Assembly: GCA_951406725.2 (NCBI GenBank)
Contig: OX597818.1
Coordinates: 105,400,001 to 105,464,000, forward strand
Direction: 5' to 3'
Origin: Octopus vulgaris
Lineage: Eukaryota
Length of the DNA stretch: 64,000 nucleotides
Each line of letters begins with the position of its first letter. Within the stretch, counting starts at the first letter, position 1. A model generated the notes under the pieces. That model saw only the letters and a list, made by a program, of their open reading frames with translations, was not told the origin of the DNA and searched no databases. This document shows positions 37,401 through 50,468 of the stretch, one piece after another. The translations under genes were made by a program, and so were the position numbers.

Positions 37401-38000
37401 TTTACAATGAGTTAGGCCTAACGATAACAACAGTCGTCTCATACTGTCTCCAATAAACCCTCTACATCCGACTTCGATTGGAAAATGTTCCACTTTCCAG
37501 CCTGTGTCTTCACATTTCTAGGAGGTTTACATAACAATATATCTTTCGAGCCTGAGCGGTGTCTATGTTATCTTCATGAGGTACCGTTAATTTGACTGCA
37601 TTCACAACTTTCTTTCCTTTACCCCACATAAAAATGTCTGGTTTTTTCGCAATAGAGATGGGAAAGAGTCCCTGGCACCCTGGATGATGATAGGAATTCT
37701 AAAATATATTTTGGTCAAATAAACAATTAACTCTATAAGTCAATAAAATTATTTATGAAGGAGATAAAAGCTTTTGAAAGTGGTGGTGGTGGTGGGGGGA
37801 TTACATATAAATAACAGAACTCCATAGAAGACAAGTGAAGTTGAAATGTCACTGCTAATTATCTACTGTGTCACTACTAGTAATTTAATAGACACATTTT
37901 CACAACCATGATATAAAATATATATATCTTTTCTTGAGTTGGAAAATAATTCATGTGAACAATGTGTATGTAAAGTTTCTGATAATAAAAGCATACTAAC

Positions 38001-38076
38001 TTGTTCAGCTGATCGATTGTCATGCTTAAATAATTTATCTCTTGAAGGCCTTTTATTTTTACCTTCAATATTGTAC
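38001..38076 (-). CDS. HNRNPUL1: hnRNP U/UL1-family exon (YNIEGKNKRPSRDKLFKHDNRSAEQ)
   Basis: TTTGCAG acceptor and GTTAGT donor; bridges phase 2 to phase 0 exactly as the flanking exons require. Confidence 0.85.
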
Positions 38077-38582
38077 CTGCAAATAAAGAATTGGAAATAT
38101 AAATAAATAAATCAATGAGGATGAGAAAAGACATAATTTCAGTAGCAACAGTCAATTCTTGTTTTACAAGTAAATATCCAGATAAATATTGATTCAGGAA
38201 TTAGTTAACTTATACAAGTAGAAGTAATACCTAGCTTAAAATGAGAACATAAAAGGAGACAAGCAATAAGTTTTCTAGCTTGTACTATTTTAGCAAAATT
38301 GTAATTGGAATCACATACTGAAAGTACTAAATAATAAAGGTGAGGTAACTATAGTAATCTAATTAATCAAATGATTTAAGTGTATACATAAAGCAAAACT
38401 GAAGTAACTTCAAAATATTCACAAAATATGCCCCAAACATTTACAATATGAATTGATATTGTTGCAAAAGTGCTAGATGTACAAAAGTGATTAGAGCTAG
38501 AAAGTGAGGGGGGGGGGGGAGACAACCTGTCAAATGGAGCTGGTTCTGGATTGGTCTAGGATGTTTTTGTGTAAATCAGTAG

Positions 38583-39873
38583 TCATCATCATCATCGTTT
38601 AACGTCTGCTTTCCATGCGAGCATGGGTTGGACAATTTGACTGAAGACTAGCGAACCAAATGGCTGCACCAGGCTCCAATCTGATCTGGCAAAGTTTCTA
38701 CAGCTGGATGCCCTTCCTAACGCCAATCACTCCAAGAGTATTGTAGGTGCTTTTACGTGCCACCGGCACGAGGGCCGGTCAGGTGGTACTGGTAACGGCC
38801 ATGCTCAAGGGGTGATTTTTACGTGCCACCTGCACTGTCAACGACCTTGCTCGAATATTTTTCACGTGCCAGTAAGGCGACGCTGGTAACGATCCCATTT
38901 GAATGGTACTTTTTACGTGCTACCAGCACGGAAGCCAGTCAGCTGCTCTGGCAGCGATCACGCTTGGAGGGTGCTCTAAGCGCTCCACTGGCACAGGTGC
39001 CAGACATCGAATTTGATTTGATTTCGATTGCACTTGCCTCAACAGGTCTTTGCAAGCAGAGTTGAGTGTCTGCTGAAGGAAAGGTACGCATAAGTGGGCT
39101 GGTTACACCCCTGGTATAGGCCATGGGTTATGGTCTCACTTGGTTTGCCGCGTCTTCTCACGCACTGTATATTTCCAAAGGTCTCAGTCACTAGTCATTG
39201 TCTTGGTGAGGCCTAATGTTCGAAGGTCGTGTTTCACCACTTCATCCCAAGTCTTCCTGGGTCTACCTCTTCCACATGTTCCCTCAACCGCTAGGGCGTG
39301 ACACTTTTTCACACAGCTATCCTCATCCATTCTCGCCATATGACCATACCAGCGCAATCATCTCTCTTGCACACCACATCTGATGCTTCTTAGGTCCAAC
39401 TTTTCTCTCAAGGTACTTAAACTCTGTCAAGTATGCACACTGACATTACACATCCATTGGAGCATACTGGCTTCATTCCTTGTGAGCTTACGCATGGCCT
39501 CAGCAGTCACGACCCATTTATCAATGCCATGTAGCATGGCTGTTCGTACACATGCGTCATACAGTCTACCTTTTACTCTGAGCGAGAGGCCCTTTGTCAC
39601 CAGCAGAGGTAAGAGCTCTCTGAACTTTGCCCAGGCTATTCTTATTCTAGCAACTACACTTTCAGCGCACTCTTCCCCGCTACTGACTTGTCACCTAGAT
39701 AATGGAAGCTATCAACTACTTCTAGTTTTTCTCCCTGGAATGTGGCGAAGTTGTTCTCTGCACATTTTCAGTGTTTATTGCTCATGAGCATCTGCCACAT
39801 ACAAAAACTATCTTCCCAGTTAGCCTTCCTTTGATATTGCTGCACCTCTTATGTGTCCATAGCTTGCACTGGG
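38583..39873 (-). mobile_element. 5'-truncated RTE-clade LINE (RT C-terminus, 3' UTR, GAT tail)
   Basis: Minus strand LRWYGHMARMDEDSCVKKCHALAVEGTCGRGRPRKTWDEVV, followed by the UTR with CGTGCCGGTGGCACGTAAAAGCACC and a (GAT)n tail. Confidence 0.9.
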
Positions 39874-40579
39874 TAGCAGTAATTATATAAAAGATACTTA
39901 TATAAAAGCAGTATTCCATAGTGCTATTTATCTTTTATTTAATATATAATTTAGTTAATACTAAACCTGCTTTGTTGATGATATAGTCAGTATTTCAAAA
40001 GTAATACACATAAATTATCACAAATTCATTTTGTTTTTACATTCAGTCTTTCATGTTGTCATCAACAATAAAAAAAAATTAAAGTTAATTTTTACAATGC
40101 AATCATGGGATATATTTTACACATGTTATTAAATTTTCGCTGAAATCTAAATATGTATTCTTGAGTGTAAATGTTTATTTTTTTTTTTATTAAGAGCTGG
40201 AGTCTGTCTTAAAGGTAGTGTTGATTTGGACTTCTTGATCACAATACCAACAATATCATAATATCAATTAAGGGAACTCTAGTAGACCATGAAAGAGATG
40301 GCGAAAGTTCTGGGATTATGGAAACCCTTTGTCTGTAAGCTTGAAGGTGTTTAACTTTGAAATAGTTAACTGCTAAACAATGTTTGTGGCCCCACTAGTT
40401 TGTATCCAACACCAATGCGGCTTACAGTCATTTATGTTTCTAAAACATTACTCCAATCCTCTCTTGATTCCTAGTGAATATTTCCTTATCATAACTGCTG
40501 GTTTTGATGTTCAAGCTATAGAAACTTAGCCACTAAATGGCATACAATTCACACACAAAGAAAAGCAAGCAAAACTCAC

Positions 40580-40712
40580 TGTTCAACTAATTTAATAGAT
40601 TTTTCTTTTGGTAATTCAATATATTCAATGATATCATATAGTGAAGAATTGTCTTCAGGCAAAGAAAAGTTTGCTTTCATTTCTAGTACAGCCTCTTCAG
40701 GAATAACTTTAC
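40580..40712 (-). CDS. HNRNPUL1: hnRNP U/UL1-family exon (GKVIPEEAVLEMKANFSLP...KLVEQ)
   Basis: Conserved AVLEMKANF motif; TTTCAG acceptor and GTGAGT donor; phases consistent. Confidence 0.93.
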
Positions 40713-40765
40713 CTGAAACAAATTATAAAAAGTGAAGTTTATACATGTAAAACACTGGACTTTGC

Positions 40766-40826
<61 letters not shown>
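40766..40826 (+). repeat. (CAA)n microsatellite
   Basis: About 20 perfect CAA units. Confidence 0.95.
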
Positions 40827-40827
<1 letters not shown>

Positions 40828-40948
40828 AAAAAGAAGAGTAAATGTCTGAACACATCTTTTCAGAGACTGGACCACTGCTATATATCACACTGGCTGTAAC
40901 AGTTCCACATGACAAACTAACATATATTTGAAATATAATTGTTATATA

Positions 40949-41149
40949 ATGGCCCAGTGGTTAGGGCAGCGGACTTGCGGTCGTAGGATCTCGGTTTCGA
41001 TTCCCAGACCGGGCGTTGTGTGTGTTTATTGAGCGAAAACACCTAAAAGCTCCACAAGGCTCCGGCAGGGGATGGTGGTGATCCCTGCTGTACTCTTTCA
41101 CCACTCTAAAGGCGGTGCTCCAGCATGGCCGCAGTCAAATGACTGAAAC

Positions 41150-41181
<32 letters not shown>
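40949..41181 (+). mobile_element. tRNA-derived SINE with A-rich tail
   Basis: A box TGGCCCAGTGG, B box GGTTTCGATTCC, tail CCAGCATGGCCGCAGTCAAATGACTGAAACAAGT(A)n. Confidence 0.85.
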
Positions 41182-41182
<1 letters not shown>

Positions 41183-41474
41183 AAGGACTTTGGTATAGAT
41201 ATAAAATACCAAATTGTGTATCAACAATATACCAGCTCTACTTGTGTAATTAAGAAACAGATATGGAGAGTAATCTATTGAGTAGGTGATAAATATCAGC
41301 TTATCTAAAACTGCAGCAATTTCTACAATTTTCTCCATTTTTCCATCAAGTAGAAGTCTGACCAACAATAAAGATATGTACAGACTTCAATACTTTCCTA
41401 GGGACTAAGATTACATCATTCAGTTAATAACACTTCGATTTTGTATTTTACAAAAGAAAGAAAATTTAACCTAC

Positions 41475-41639
41475 CATCTTCTTTAGTCCTTTTATTTGAG
41501 CGATGAATTAATTCAGAATCTTCACAAACAAGAACAGCTGCTTTTCGATAAAATCCTTGGAAATTTCGCATCTTGCGCTTACGGGCACTAGCATAAACAT
41601 TAGTTTGGTCAAGGATCAAATTTTTTCGTCTTCTGGAAG
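41475..41639 (-). CDS. HNRNPUL1: hnRNP U/UL1-family exon (ASRRRKNLILDQTNVYASARKRKMRNFQGFYRKAAV...)
   Basis: ILDQTNVY Walker B region; CTCTAG acceptor and GTAGG donor, phase 1/1. Confidence 0.95.
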
Positions 41640-42302
41640 CTAGAGAAAGGGAGAAAAAATTTTGTAACAAGTCTAATGTCTTCTAGTTGACTGGATCAAC
41701 AGAGGTATATTATTGTTACAATTTTATTAATCTCACAGGGGCAACATTCCTCCCACACCCTGCTCAATCTGTTAATTCTACAATTGCACCCATTTGTTAC
41801 AAAAGTTAACTGCATCTATTAATAAAAAAGTTTTAGCAGGTAATATCTATAAATATATACATTAAGCAATACATTTTGCACTTCATAGCAGTAGCTCAAC
41901 ATGAACTGTTCAAGAGAAAGTTAACGATAGTTCACTAAGGCTGTAATGTTACAAACAAATTGCTTCCTGCCATCAAGTGTACCAAATAAGTTGTGTGTAA
42001 GCATTCAAATGTATTTGGATTAGATCAAAGTCCATTCACTCTTGCTACTTATTTACATACAATCTTTCAATATTATTTTAGACATTCAGACAAATTTTAA
42101 CAAAAAGCACTACTTAAAAGTATATGCTGCAATGATTACAGAGTTTGTTGTTCAACCACTAGGACTACACTGATAAAACAGACTTACGATTAAAGCCTGA
42201 GTGACAAATTAGCAGAAAAAAAATAATAAGCAAACTGATTTGCAAAACTCACAATATTCTTTTTTATTGTTTACACTATAGAAAGTCAAATACAATTCTT
42301 AA

Positions 42303-43353
42303 CCCTTTCGTTACTATATTTCTGACCAAAATACACCCCTCATGAGTTTTAATTAAATTCTAAAATAATCATGAATCTAGGCTTGTTTCATTAACTGTAA
42401 CTTTTTTTACTTATCAACATATTAATGTGATATTTGGAACATAATTAAAGAAAGGGTTCTTAATCAATTCTATTGCATAACTTTTGTCTCAAAGTGACTT
42501 TAATTACAGGTAAATTGAGCAAAAGGTAAAAATATTAAAATTTTGTTTAAACATCACCATAGAAAATGAATCATCAGCTAATATTCAAATGGGTATGCAA
42601 CAAAATTTTGATAAAGAAGAATTGTGCACATCACTATATCATCAGTTGAATTTAATGCACAACAGGTGTACCATAAAGGTGGAATAAAGTGAAATACTGG
42701 AATCCACCGTAAGTTTGACTGAACTAAAGAAATCGGTCAAAAAATAATATACGGCCCTGGTTATGGTATGGAAGTGATAAATTCCAGACCACATCGTTCC
42801 CTAGGCCATGCTGACTAACATTATTTTCCCCGTATAAAAACTAAATCCACGCAGTACCCAGTATTTGCTTCACAAATTTTCCGAAATTTGAACCCCCATT
42901 TTGTGTTTGTTTACATTCTGCGTAAGTTTGTTTCCGCATTGATCGCTTCAAACAATAACTTCCAGACCACATCATACCCTAAGCCATGCTGACTAACATT
43001 AGTTTCCCTGTATAAAAACTAAATCCACAACAGTACCCAGTATTTGTTTCACAAATTTTCCAATTCGGAATCAATGCTTGATAACATGAAACTCCTCTCC
43101 ATTTTCAAAGTTGAAGAAAAGTCGATGCCGAAAAAATGTGGAAAAAAATCTCCCAAAATTCAGGGAATTAAAATTACACGTCGATCGTTGTACAAAACTG
43201 TAGATGAACTGTTTACGAAGCATAATCACGTGTTTTCACAAATGTACTAAAGAGATTTGCTCTGATATTCTCATTTAAATATGAATAGGTAAATTCGGGC
43301 GGCTTTGGTCACATTAACCAAAATTTTTTTCGGGCGGCTTGGTAACGAAAGGG
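42303..43353 (-). mobile_element. Non-autonomous piggyBac deletion derivative
   Basis: TTAA on both sides; TIRs CCCTTTCGTTAC / GTAACGAAAGGG; internal pieces are the reverse complement of ~36830-36975; ~100 bp internal direct duplication. Confidence 0.92.
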
Positions 43354-43357
43354 TTAA

Positions 43358-44081
43358 TCTATAATCTATAATATAAATTGCAGGTGGACGATTGTTGTAT
43401 TCTTTCTTGTCTTGAGGTTCACAGCCAAACGGCTGGGTGGATTCGCGTGAAAAATGGTACACATGTGGAGATAGGTGCATAGATTGGAATGCAAGTTTGT
43501 ATTTTTTTCCTAGCCCCCATACTTACTGAGAAAATCGATCAAAACTTTTTGGCTGCTATATCTACCTGGTCTAGCTACCATGTAGAGGTCTGAACTAAAG
43601 TTCACATATTTGCATTTCAAAAATTTAACAATCTTTTCCATAAATGAACTAGTGTAAAAATTTTATATGATGAGCACACACGCGTGCGCACACACACACG
43701 TCCATTTCATATATCTTCTTTCAATTTCTGCTCTCTGCAAATAAAATTTTTATGGATACAACTGCTTACAAAAATAGGGATTAATGTATAATTTCTTTCT
43801 ATATTCATAATTAAATCAATGTTTTAATGATTAGACAGAGGTCCAATACAATAGCTCTGAGAAACAGACTACATACAAATTCATTTTTCACAACTTCTGA
43901 AGCTGTTTTCTGACAAATAGTGGGGTGGAATCAGGAAATTTTCATACAGCTGGAGGCTTCAATCGAAACAGGGGACCCAAAATGATAAGATTGAGAAACG
44001 CTGTTATAGATTATGCCTAACCGAAAACGATCACAGCCACATCATCCAAACAGACCAGGTGAAACCGGGCTTAGCTGCTAG
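43358..44081 (+). mobile_element. Non-autonomous Helitron
   Basis: A|TCTATAATC 5' end; 3' hairpin CCAGGTGAAACCGGG followed by CTAG|T; no TSD. Confidence 0.85.
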
Positions 44082-45213
44082 TATTAAATAATTGTTGTGA
44101 TACAAGTAAGGAGGTATAATGTCACTGGATCTCTTGCCCATTACACTCCTACTAAGTCAATATTTACAGCCCCATTAGTTAACTTCTCACCTATCCCTGT
44201 TAATCATGTTCATTGTACAATGCCATCAGTGTAAATGAAGAAGAGCATTAGATTTATCCATATTCACTCTTTCCACTACTGCATCCATCATCATTATCAC
44301 ACTACCTTTCTAAAACAACAACTCTTCTATCACCCTTACACCACAACGAGATTGTAGCTCTGCTACATAGCCTCCTGGTTACAAGAGGGCAACAGGTCTG
44401 TCTTTATACATTACCTACAACCATCATTCCCTCTCCACCATATAATTCCAAGTTGACATTTAGCATTCTAACTTACTAACTCCGCCCTAAGTTACTCATT
44501 TTTGGATTTCTACTGTCATTACTTCCTACCCTATTCCCCTCTTTGTTCTACACACCTTAGATCACTGAATACTTTCTACATTCTACATTTACTGTGTACA
44601 AGGCTCCCCACCCTCCTGTGCTAGTTCCACAATGTACCCACTTCCAGTAAAGTACTCCTACAGTGACTGGTAATAGAGAAAACCTCTCTAGTGCTGCTAA
44701 CATGAAACGTGTAATTAGTACACACTGTAAAGTGGTTGACAAATGAGTAGAGAAAACATAGGATTGCGAAGTCCCTATAATCCTAGCTCACCTCTTCAGT
44801 GTTGGTATGACAATAAAAATGCATCCACTAGTAGAATACCAAGACCAATGACACATACAAGTAGCAGTCTAGGGGAAGAATGGTTCCCAATAAAAGATGA
44901 CTTAGATTGTGATGACCTGTCCAACCCATTCCAACATGGAAAGCTCAATACAATGATGATAATGTAGAATGTTGCAGAAATAGATGAAAATAATTTGATA
45001 TAGGAAGAAAAATTACCAAAAATTTGGAGAACATGAAATTTGTATTGAAAAATGTTGGATGGTGTATGGCAAGTATTTAGTGAAACCATATTACTAATGT
45101 AGATTTACTTCAATATTCTGATTCAAATATGAATAAGCAAATTAAGTGATCTCAAGTAGTGTACAAAAATGATTTAAAAGGACAGACACACACAATCACA
45201 AACAAAAACCTAC

Positions 45214-45430
45214 CAATCTGAAACATTTTATTGAGACATCCTGTTGCTTTCTGAATAAGGACATCCCATCTGCCATGGAAAAATCTTTTTCTCGGTAATC
45301 CCATCACTCTCATTTTATCAATTAGAGAATCTGTACCAATAACATAATATTTCTTATCTGGATGGTTTTTGCACATATTTAAAGCCCATGAGGTCTTGCC
45401 ACAGCCAGGCAAACCAATTAACATCATCAT
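45214..45430 (-). CDS. HNRNPUL1: hnRNP U/UL1-family exon with P-loop (MMMLIGLPGCGKT...)
   Basis: Walker A GLPGCGKT, IDKMRVMGL, GRWDVLIQKAT; TATAG acceptor and GTAGG donor. Confidence 0.95.
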
Positions 45431-45859
45431 CTATATAAAACAAAGAAAAACATTTTAAAAAATCAAGCATGACACAGTTACAGGAATCAAATACATAACA
45501 ATAGTAATATTGAAGATATTAGGAAACACAAGATTCTAAGTTGGTAACACATGACTTACATCAATCTCTTGATAAAATTGCTATTTTGTGTTACCATTAC
45601 AACAACTGGTTTAGATTTCAATATATTTTAGAATTAGAATGATGCTCTAGTCTTTAACATTGGTGAAACAATATTTTAAAAATATTAAGATTAATATGAC
45701 TAAAAAGTTATATATTGTTGATACTAATGTTAGATGACAGAAGCAAGAGTTCATGTCTGTAATTGAAGCAGTAGCAGCTGTGATACACAACAGTGTATCT
45801 AAATAACAACTACACGATGGTAATTTTACTTTTCCGATAGATCATTAACCAAATACTGT

Positions 45860-47045
45860 TTAACAGAATCTCTTACATTATTTACATTTGACGGATATTT
45901 GTCCTAATCTTGTTTGTTGTTCGATTCCAAGCAGGTGTCTTGGGGAAATTTCAAACCTGGGTTCTCATTCCTAAGGTATTTTTTGATCTTGTTGCTATTA
46001 TTATTCAGGTCACTGCTTGGAATCGAACTCAGAATCTTGGGGTTAGTAGCCTGCACTCTGAACCACTACGCCATATGCCCGTGGACAATTATTGAGAGAA
46101 TTTTTAGGGCTTATAAATCTAATGTTTTCCTATCCTTCCTTAATACCAGTTCCCATATGCTACTCATATCTGCACTCGGTCTGCTTAGGAGGTTGTTGTG
46201 TCCTAGCATATGTGCTGCTTCTTTTAGTTTCAGTATTTTCCAGTAGTGTTCTCTATTATTTTAACTCCATCCCACAGGGGGAGGCGCTCTCATATTTTTC
46301 CATACATGATCAACTATACCCGATTTATCAATAACTCGTGTCACAGCTTTGCGATGTTTGTCTACCCTTTTTTTTGAGGGGGCAGCATGTTTCACCTTTG
46401 CATAACCTACCACAGCTGCATGGGATGGAGTACATGCAGTCTTTGGTCGTATTCTCTTCTATTGGTGGTTTTACCTGAAGGAAATATTTGCGAAGTGTTG
46501 TATTACTTTTGATTACTGTGCTGATGTCATATGGGCCACATATCTTTTGTATCTTTTTGGAGAGGCCTTTCATATAGAGTAGACAGACTGGACAGTTTAT
46601 TGGTTTCATCCTCTCTTTTCTTCATAAGTGGAGTGGATGGTATTTTTGGAGGGTAGTTGTTGCTTAACAGATTGTTAGTGAGCTTGATCATTTCTTCATG
46701 GAGTGTATCACGATCGCTACTTATATTCTTTGCACAATGTTTTAGGCACCGAGTAATCCCTCTCTTTACACTGTATGGATGGTGGGAATATAAGTTGAGA
46801 TCACCCAGTGAAGGTCGGTTTGCGGTATGTGGATGTCCTGAACTCATTCATGGTGCGTGGTATTAATACGTCCAAGAATGCTAACTGGTTGTCTTTTTCC
46901 ATTTCCATGGCTATATTGAGTTCACATGATCTAACAGCACTTGGACATTTTCCTGGTGGGGGCCAGAGTATAAAAGGTGTCATCAACATATTGCAGCCAC
47001 AGGGTTATTTTAGAGAGTTGGTAAAAAAAATATGTAGTCAACTTG
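45860..47045 (-). mobile_element. Penelope-like element (RT thumb, GIY-YIG, 3' region with tRNA-like segment)
   Basis: MEMEKDNQLAFLDVL, YRKPTFTG, SHHPYSVKRG and MYSIPCSCGRLCKGET motifs; frameshifted. Confidence 0.9.
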
Positions 47046-47196
47046 AGGCTGAGAGAGATTAGGAAGTTATATATTGAAGGGTCAATTTAAATAATTAGCT
47101 TACGAAAGTAAGTATTAGTAAATAATACTTTCATAAGCTAATTATTTAAATTGACCCTTCAATATATAACTTCCTAATCTCTCTCTCTCTCAGCCT
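47046..47196. repeat. Near-perfect ~150 bp palindrome
   Basis: AGGCTGAGAGAGATTAGGAAGTTATATATTGAAGGGTCAATTTAAATAATTAGCTTACGAAAGTA and its reverse complement; one mismatch plus a GA-repeat length difference. Confidence 0.95.
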
Positions 47197-48256
47197 TAGA
47201 ATTCATTTTTGTTATATTTTGTCCCCTTCAAGACAGTTTAAAATTTACATGTTTAAATTAACAATTATTCTCTTTCACCTAATGTTAACTTGGAGGTAAA
47301 CAATGTTATTATTCAAGGCAAACTAATTTGACCAGTGAATATTGGTTATTGATTTATGTTGGTGATATGATACACACAGCCCCACATCAAAATAAATAGT
47401 AGATTCTCTTCAATAAAGTTAGTGTTACTAAAATGCATGTGTTGGGGGGGGGGGGGCAGTAGTTAGATTGTAATCATAGAGTATGGCAAATATCATCTAT
47501 CCCAGAGATTTAACTAAACAAATTTGTTTCTAAATGCTACACCTAAATGTTGTTCTATGATTATCAGAGTTTGCAAACTTAGAATCATAGCAATCATGTT
47601 AATCAAATTAGTTCAATTAACAAATGTAAATGAATGTGGATTCAACTTTACAAGTAATTGTTACTATTTTGAACTATACCATGTAATTATTTTCTAGTGT
47701 TACACAAGCCACTATTCTATATTAAATTTTTTTTTAAACTAAGAATACTGGAGAATTCAGAGAGCTTAGATTTGCTTGAAATGATTTGGAATTATCATTT
47801 TAGATCTTTAAGCCATGGACTACAAAAAATACCATTTTAATACCAAAGATGAAATTAAAAAGACTTCGTAAACCTTTCTTCTCAGTTTCACATAACTGAT
47901 CATCAGACAGAAATGAACTTTTTGAACTATACAAAAACTATTGTACCATTCCAAGGGTTTCAATTCTCCCCGATGATTAGTTATTAAAACTTGGAGCAAG
48001 CAAACAGTTTTCAGTTTCAATAAAACATTCTCTCTCTTTCTTTCTCTCTCTCTCTCTCGCACACACAATCTCTCTCTCTCTCTCATGTGCATGCAATTTA
48101 CAGCGGAAATTCATAAAAAATAAACCAAAATTGCAAGAAGTCTGTTGTATATTTACTAAACCTTAGAATAATTATTAATTTGCAATTCAACTGCACAAAA
48201 TATCCAGCTAAAATTGCTGAAACAATCCAACAGAAACTAATGAAATAAACACTAAC

Positions 48257-48386
48257 CTCACATTCACTCTTTGTGTTAGGACATTTAGAACCCCGTACTC
48301 TTTCATTTACATGAACATGGTCAATATAAACAAAACCAGGTGGCGGTGGAAACCAGGCTGCTGTTTGTCCAAAGTTTACTTTGAAC
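48257..48386 (-). CDS. HNRNPUL1: hnRNP U/UL1-family exon (FKVNFGQTAAWFPPPPGFVYI...KSECE)
   Basis: VNFGQ end of the SPRY domain; TTCTAG acceptor and GTTAGT donor; phases consistent. Confidence 0.93.
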
Positions 48387-49380
48387 CTAGAATGAGAGAG
48401 AAAAGAATGAAGGTTGATTTCATATTGTAATTAAACAGTAAAACAGTTATTCTGAAACTGAGACCCCTCCCACCAAAAATAAAACAACAGAAGTTGGAAA
48501 TAAGATATTTAAAATATAAAGGCAAACTTTTCATTTCTAGCCTCATGTTAATTATAACTAAATTATTATTTAAAGCTATGTTTGAGCAGTACGATTTAAA
48601 TTCTAAAACAAAGCATATTGTTAATTAGATGAGTAAAACAGTAAATAAATGAGATATCTTATTAAAGTAGCTAAATGCAAGTGGGGATGAATAAGTTAGC
48701 TTAGTAAATAAATGATGCATGGTTTGATCCCAAAGTGTAACACCTTGAGTAAGTGTCTTTTAATGTAGCCTCACGTTGACCAACAACCTTTGAGTGGAAG
48801 TTGGTAAAGAGAGAAACCATGCAGAAATCTACAATGTGAGGTGCGGGGAAGGGGGACACGTGAATGTTTAACAAGTGTAAAAGTGGAATTGTGAGAAAAG
48901 GTGCAACTTAGCAATTCAATAACATATAGACTGATTCAAATAAGTAGCAGACTGAAATAAGTACTGGTGTGGATATGACCAACTAAAATATTTGAAGTTG
49001 GTATCCCGGTATAGCCACAGTCCAATGACTAAAACAAAGCAAAAGGGAATTTAAAAAATTTAGTTATGAATCCTAGAAGTTAAATCACTAAAACATTATC
49101 TATAAATTTATCGCTTCATGTTAAAAGGATATCAGACATGAACCCTAGGAACATTATGCTGACAATATTTTCCAAAAGACACTTTATTTTGAAAAGATTT
49201 GTGCAGGTACTAATATAGCTCAGAGAATCTATCAATCCAAATTCAGATAGACATGTTATTCTAACAATAAAATTGTCATTTCTTTGATTCTTTGAATGTA
49301 TAAATTGTGTTGTATAAATTTATCATAACAATGTACTTAGAGTGCATACTGCAAAAGAAATTAAATTAAAATGATCTTAC

Positions 49381-49630
49381 TTGCAATTCTTTGAGAGAAT
49401 ATGTGGAAAGAGAGCCATGTTCTCTTTCCCAATAGGATGTGAAGTGAGTGGACAAGCCACACCAAGCCAACGACCATTTTTAGAGTATGAAATAGTAGGT
49501 GGTCGTGATTCTAAATCTAAAAGACATCCAATTACATCTCCAGCACAAAACGTCTCACCATAGTTAGAGAATTTGCAATTGACGGAGAACTTTCCAGTAC
49601 CACCATAACCATAAGAGTTAGCTTCTTCTC
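49381..49630 (-). CDS. HNRNPUL1: hnRNP U/UL1-family exon, SPRY domain (GEEANSYGYGGTGKFS...LFPHILSKNC)
   Basis: SYGYGGTGK, GDVIGC, SKNG and LFPH motifs; GTCCAG acceptor and GTAAGA donor. Confidence 0.95.
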
Positions 49631-49777
49631 CTGGACAATGATAAGAAAAAAATTTCAATTAATGATTAACTTTCACAGAATATATTTTCTTGGACTAGTT
49701 TGAAACAATGCAATATTAGTATACAAAATTTCTCTAGTATAAAATAAAATGTTAGATGAAGCTTGTTTTATCCATAC

Positions 49778-49898
49778 CTAATTGGTATGAGGACTTATTA
49801 ATAGACCATCCAACTCTCACAACATGAGGGTGTTCTTCTCTGTGATCTTCACCAAAATTTGCAGACAGATGCTCAATAACATGAACCTCATAAAATAC
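49778..49898 (-). CDS. HNRNPUL1: hnRNP U/UL1-family exon, SPRY domain (VFYEVHVIEHL...PHVVRVGWSINKSSYQL)
   Basis: HVVRVGWS motif; TTCCAG acceptor and GTATGG donor; most 5' exon found in the window. Confidence 0.93.
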
Positions 49899-50468
49899 CT
49901 GGAAAATAATAGCAAATATATTTTCAAATAAATCCTGTTATTTTTGCCTAAATGTTAAAAACAACAACCAAATACATAAAAAAAATTCCATTGTTTTGTA
50001 ACTAAGCTATAACATAACACTTTAAAATTTAGACATGCCAGTCATCTAAAAACCTTAGACGTTAAGAATGTAGCAGACAGAATATTAACAACACTTTCAG
50101 GTGTTACTATTAGTTTCAAACAATCAATCAAAATACATAACCCAGTGGAGTTGTAGGTATACAGTAAAATACACAACCTCTTCTCATTATCTTTCCAAGT
50201 TATCACCCAACCTCACATTTTCCACCATCTTCCTCATTGTCCATTGCCTAATGTTGATCAAATACTCCCTCTGTGATCTTCCTATACCTCTTTTACAAGG
50301 GGTTTGTATACACGAGACCATATTTGTGAGTGGTAGAGTGGCATGGTGATGTGTTAAATTGACAAATCACTTAATAAATTTTAGTATTAGAAATTTCACA
50401 TTATTGTCCAGAGATATTCCTAACAGATGAAAGGGTGGAAAATAAATTGTTTATTATAATATAGATGT

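Noticed and set aside
40949-41030. tRNA gene
   Set aside because: A and B boxes are present but it continues into a SINE body and tail without a proper acceptor stem
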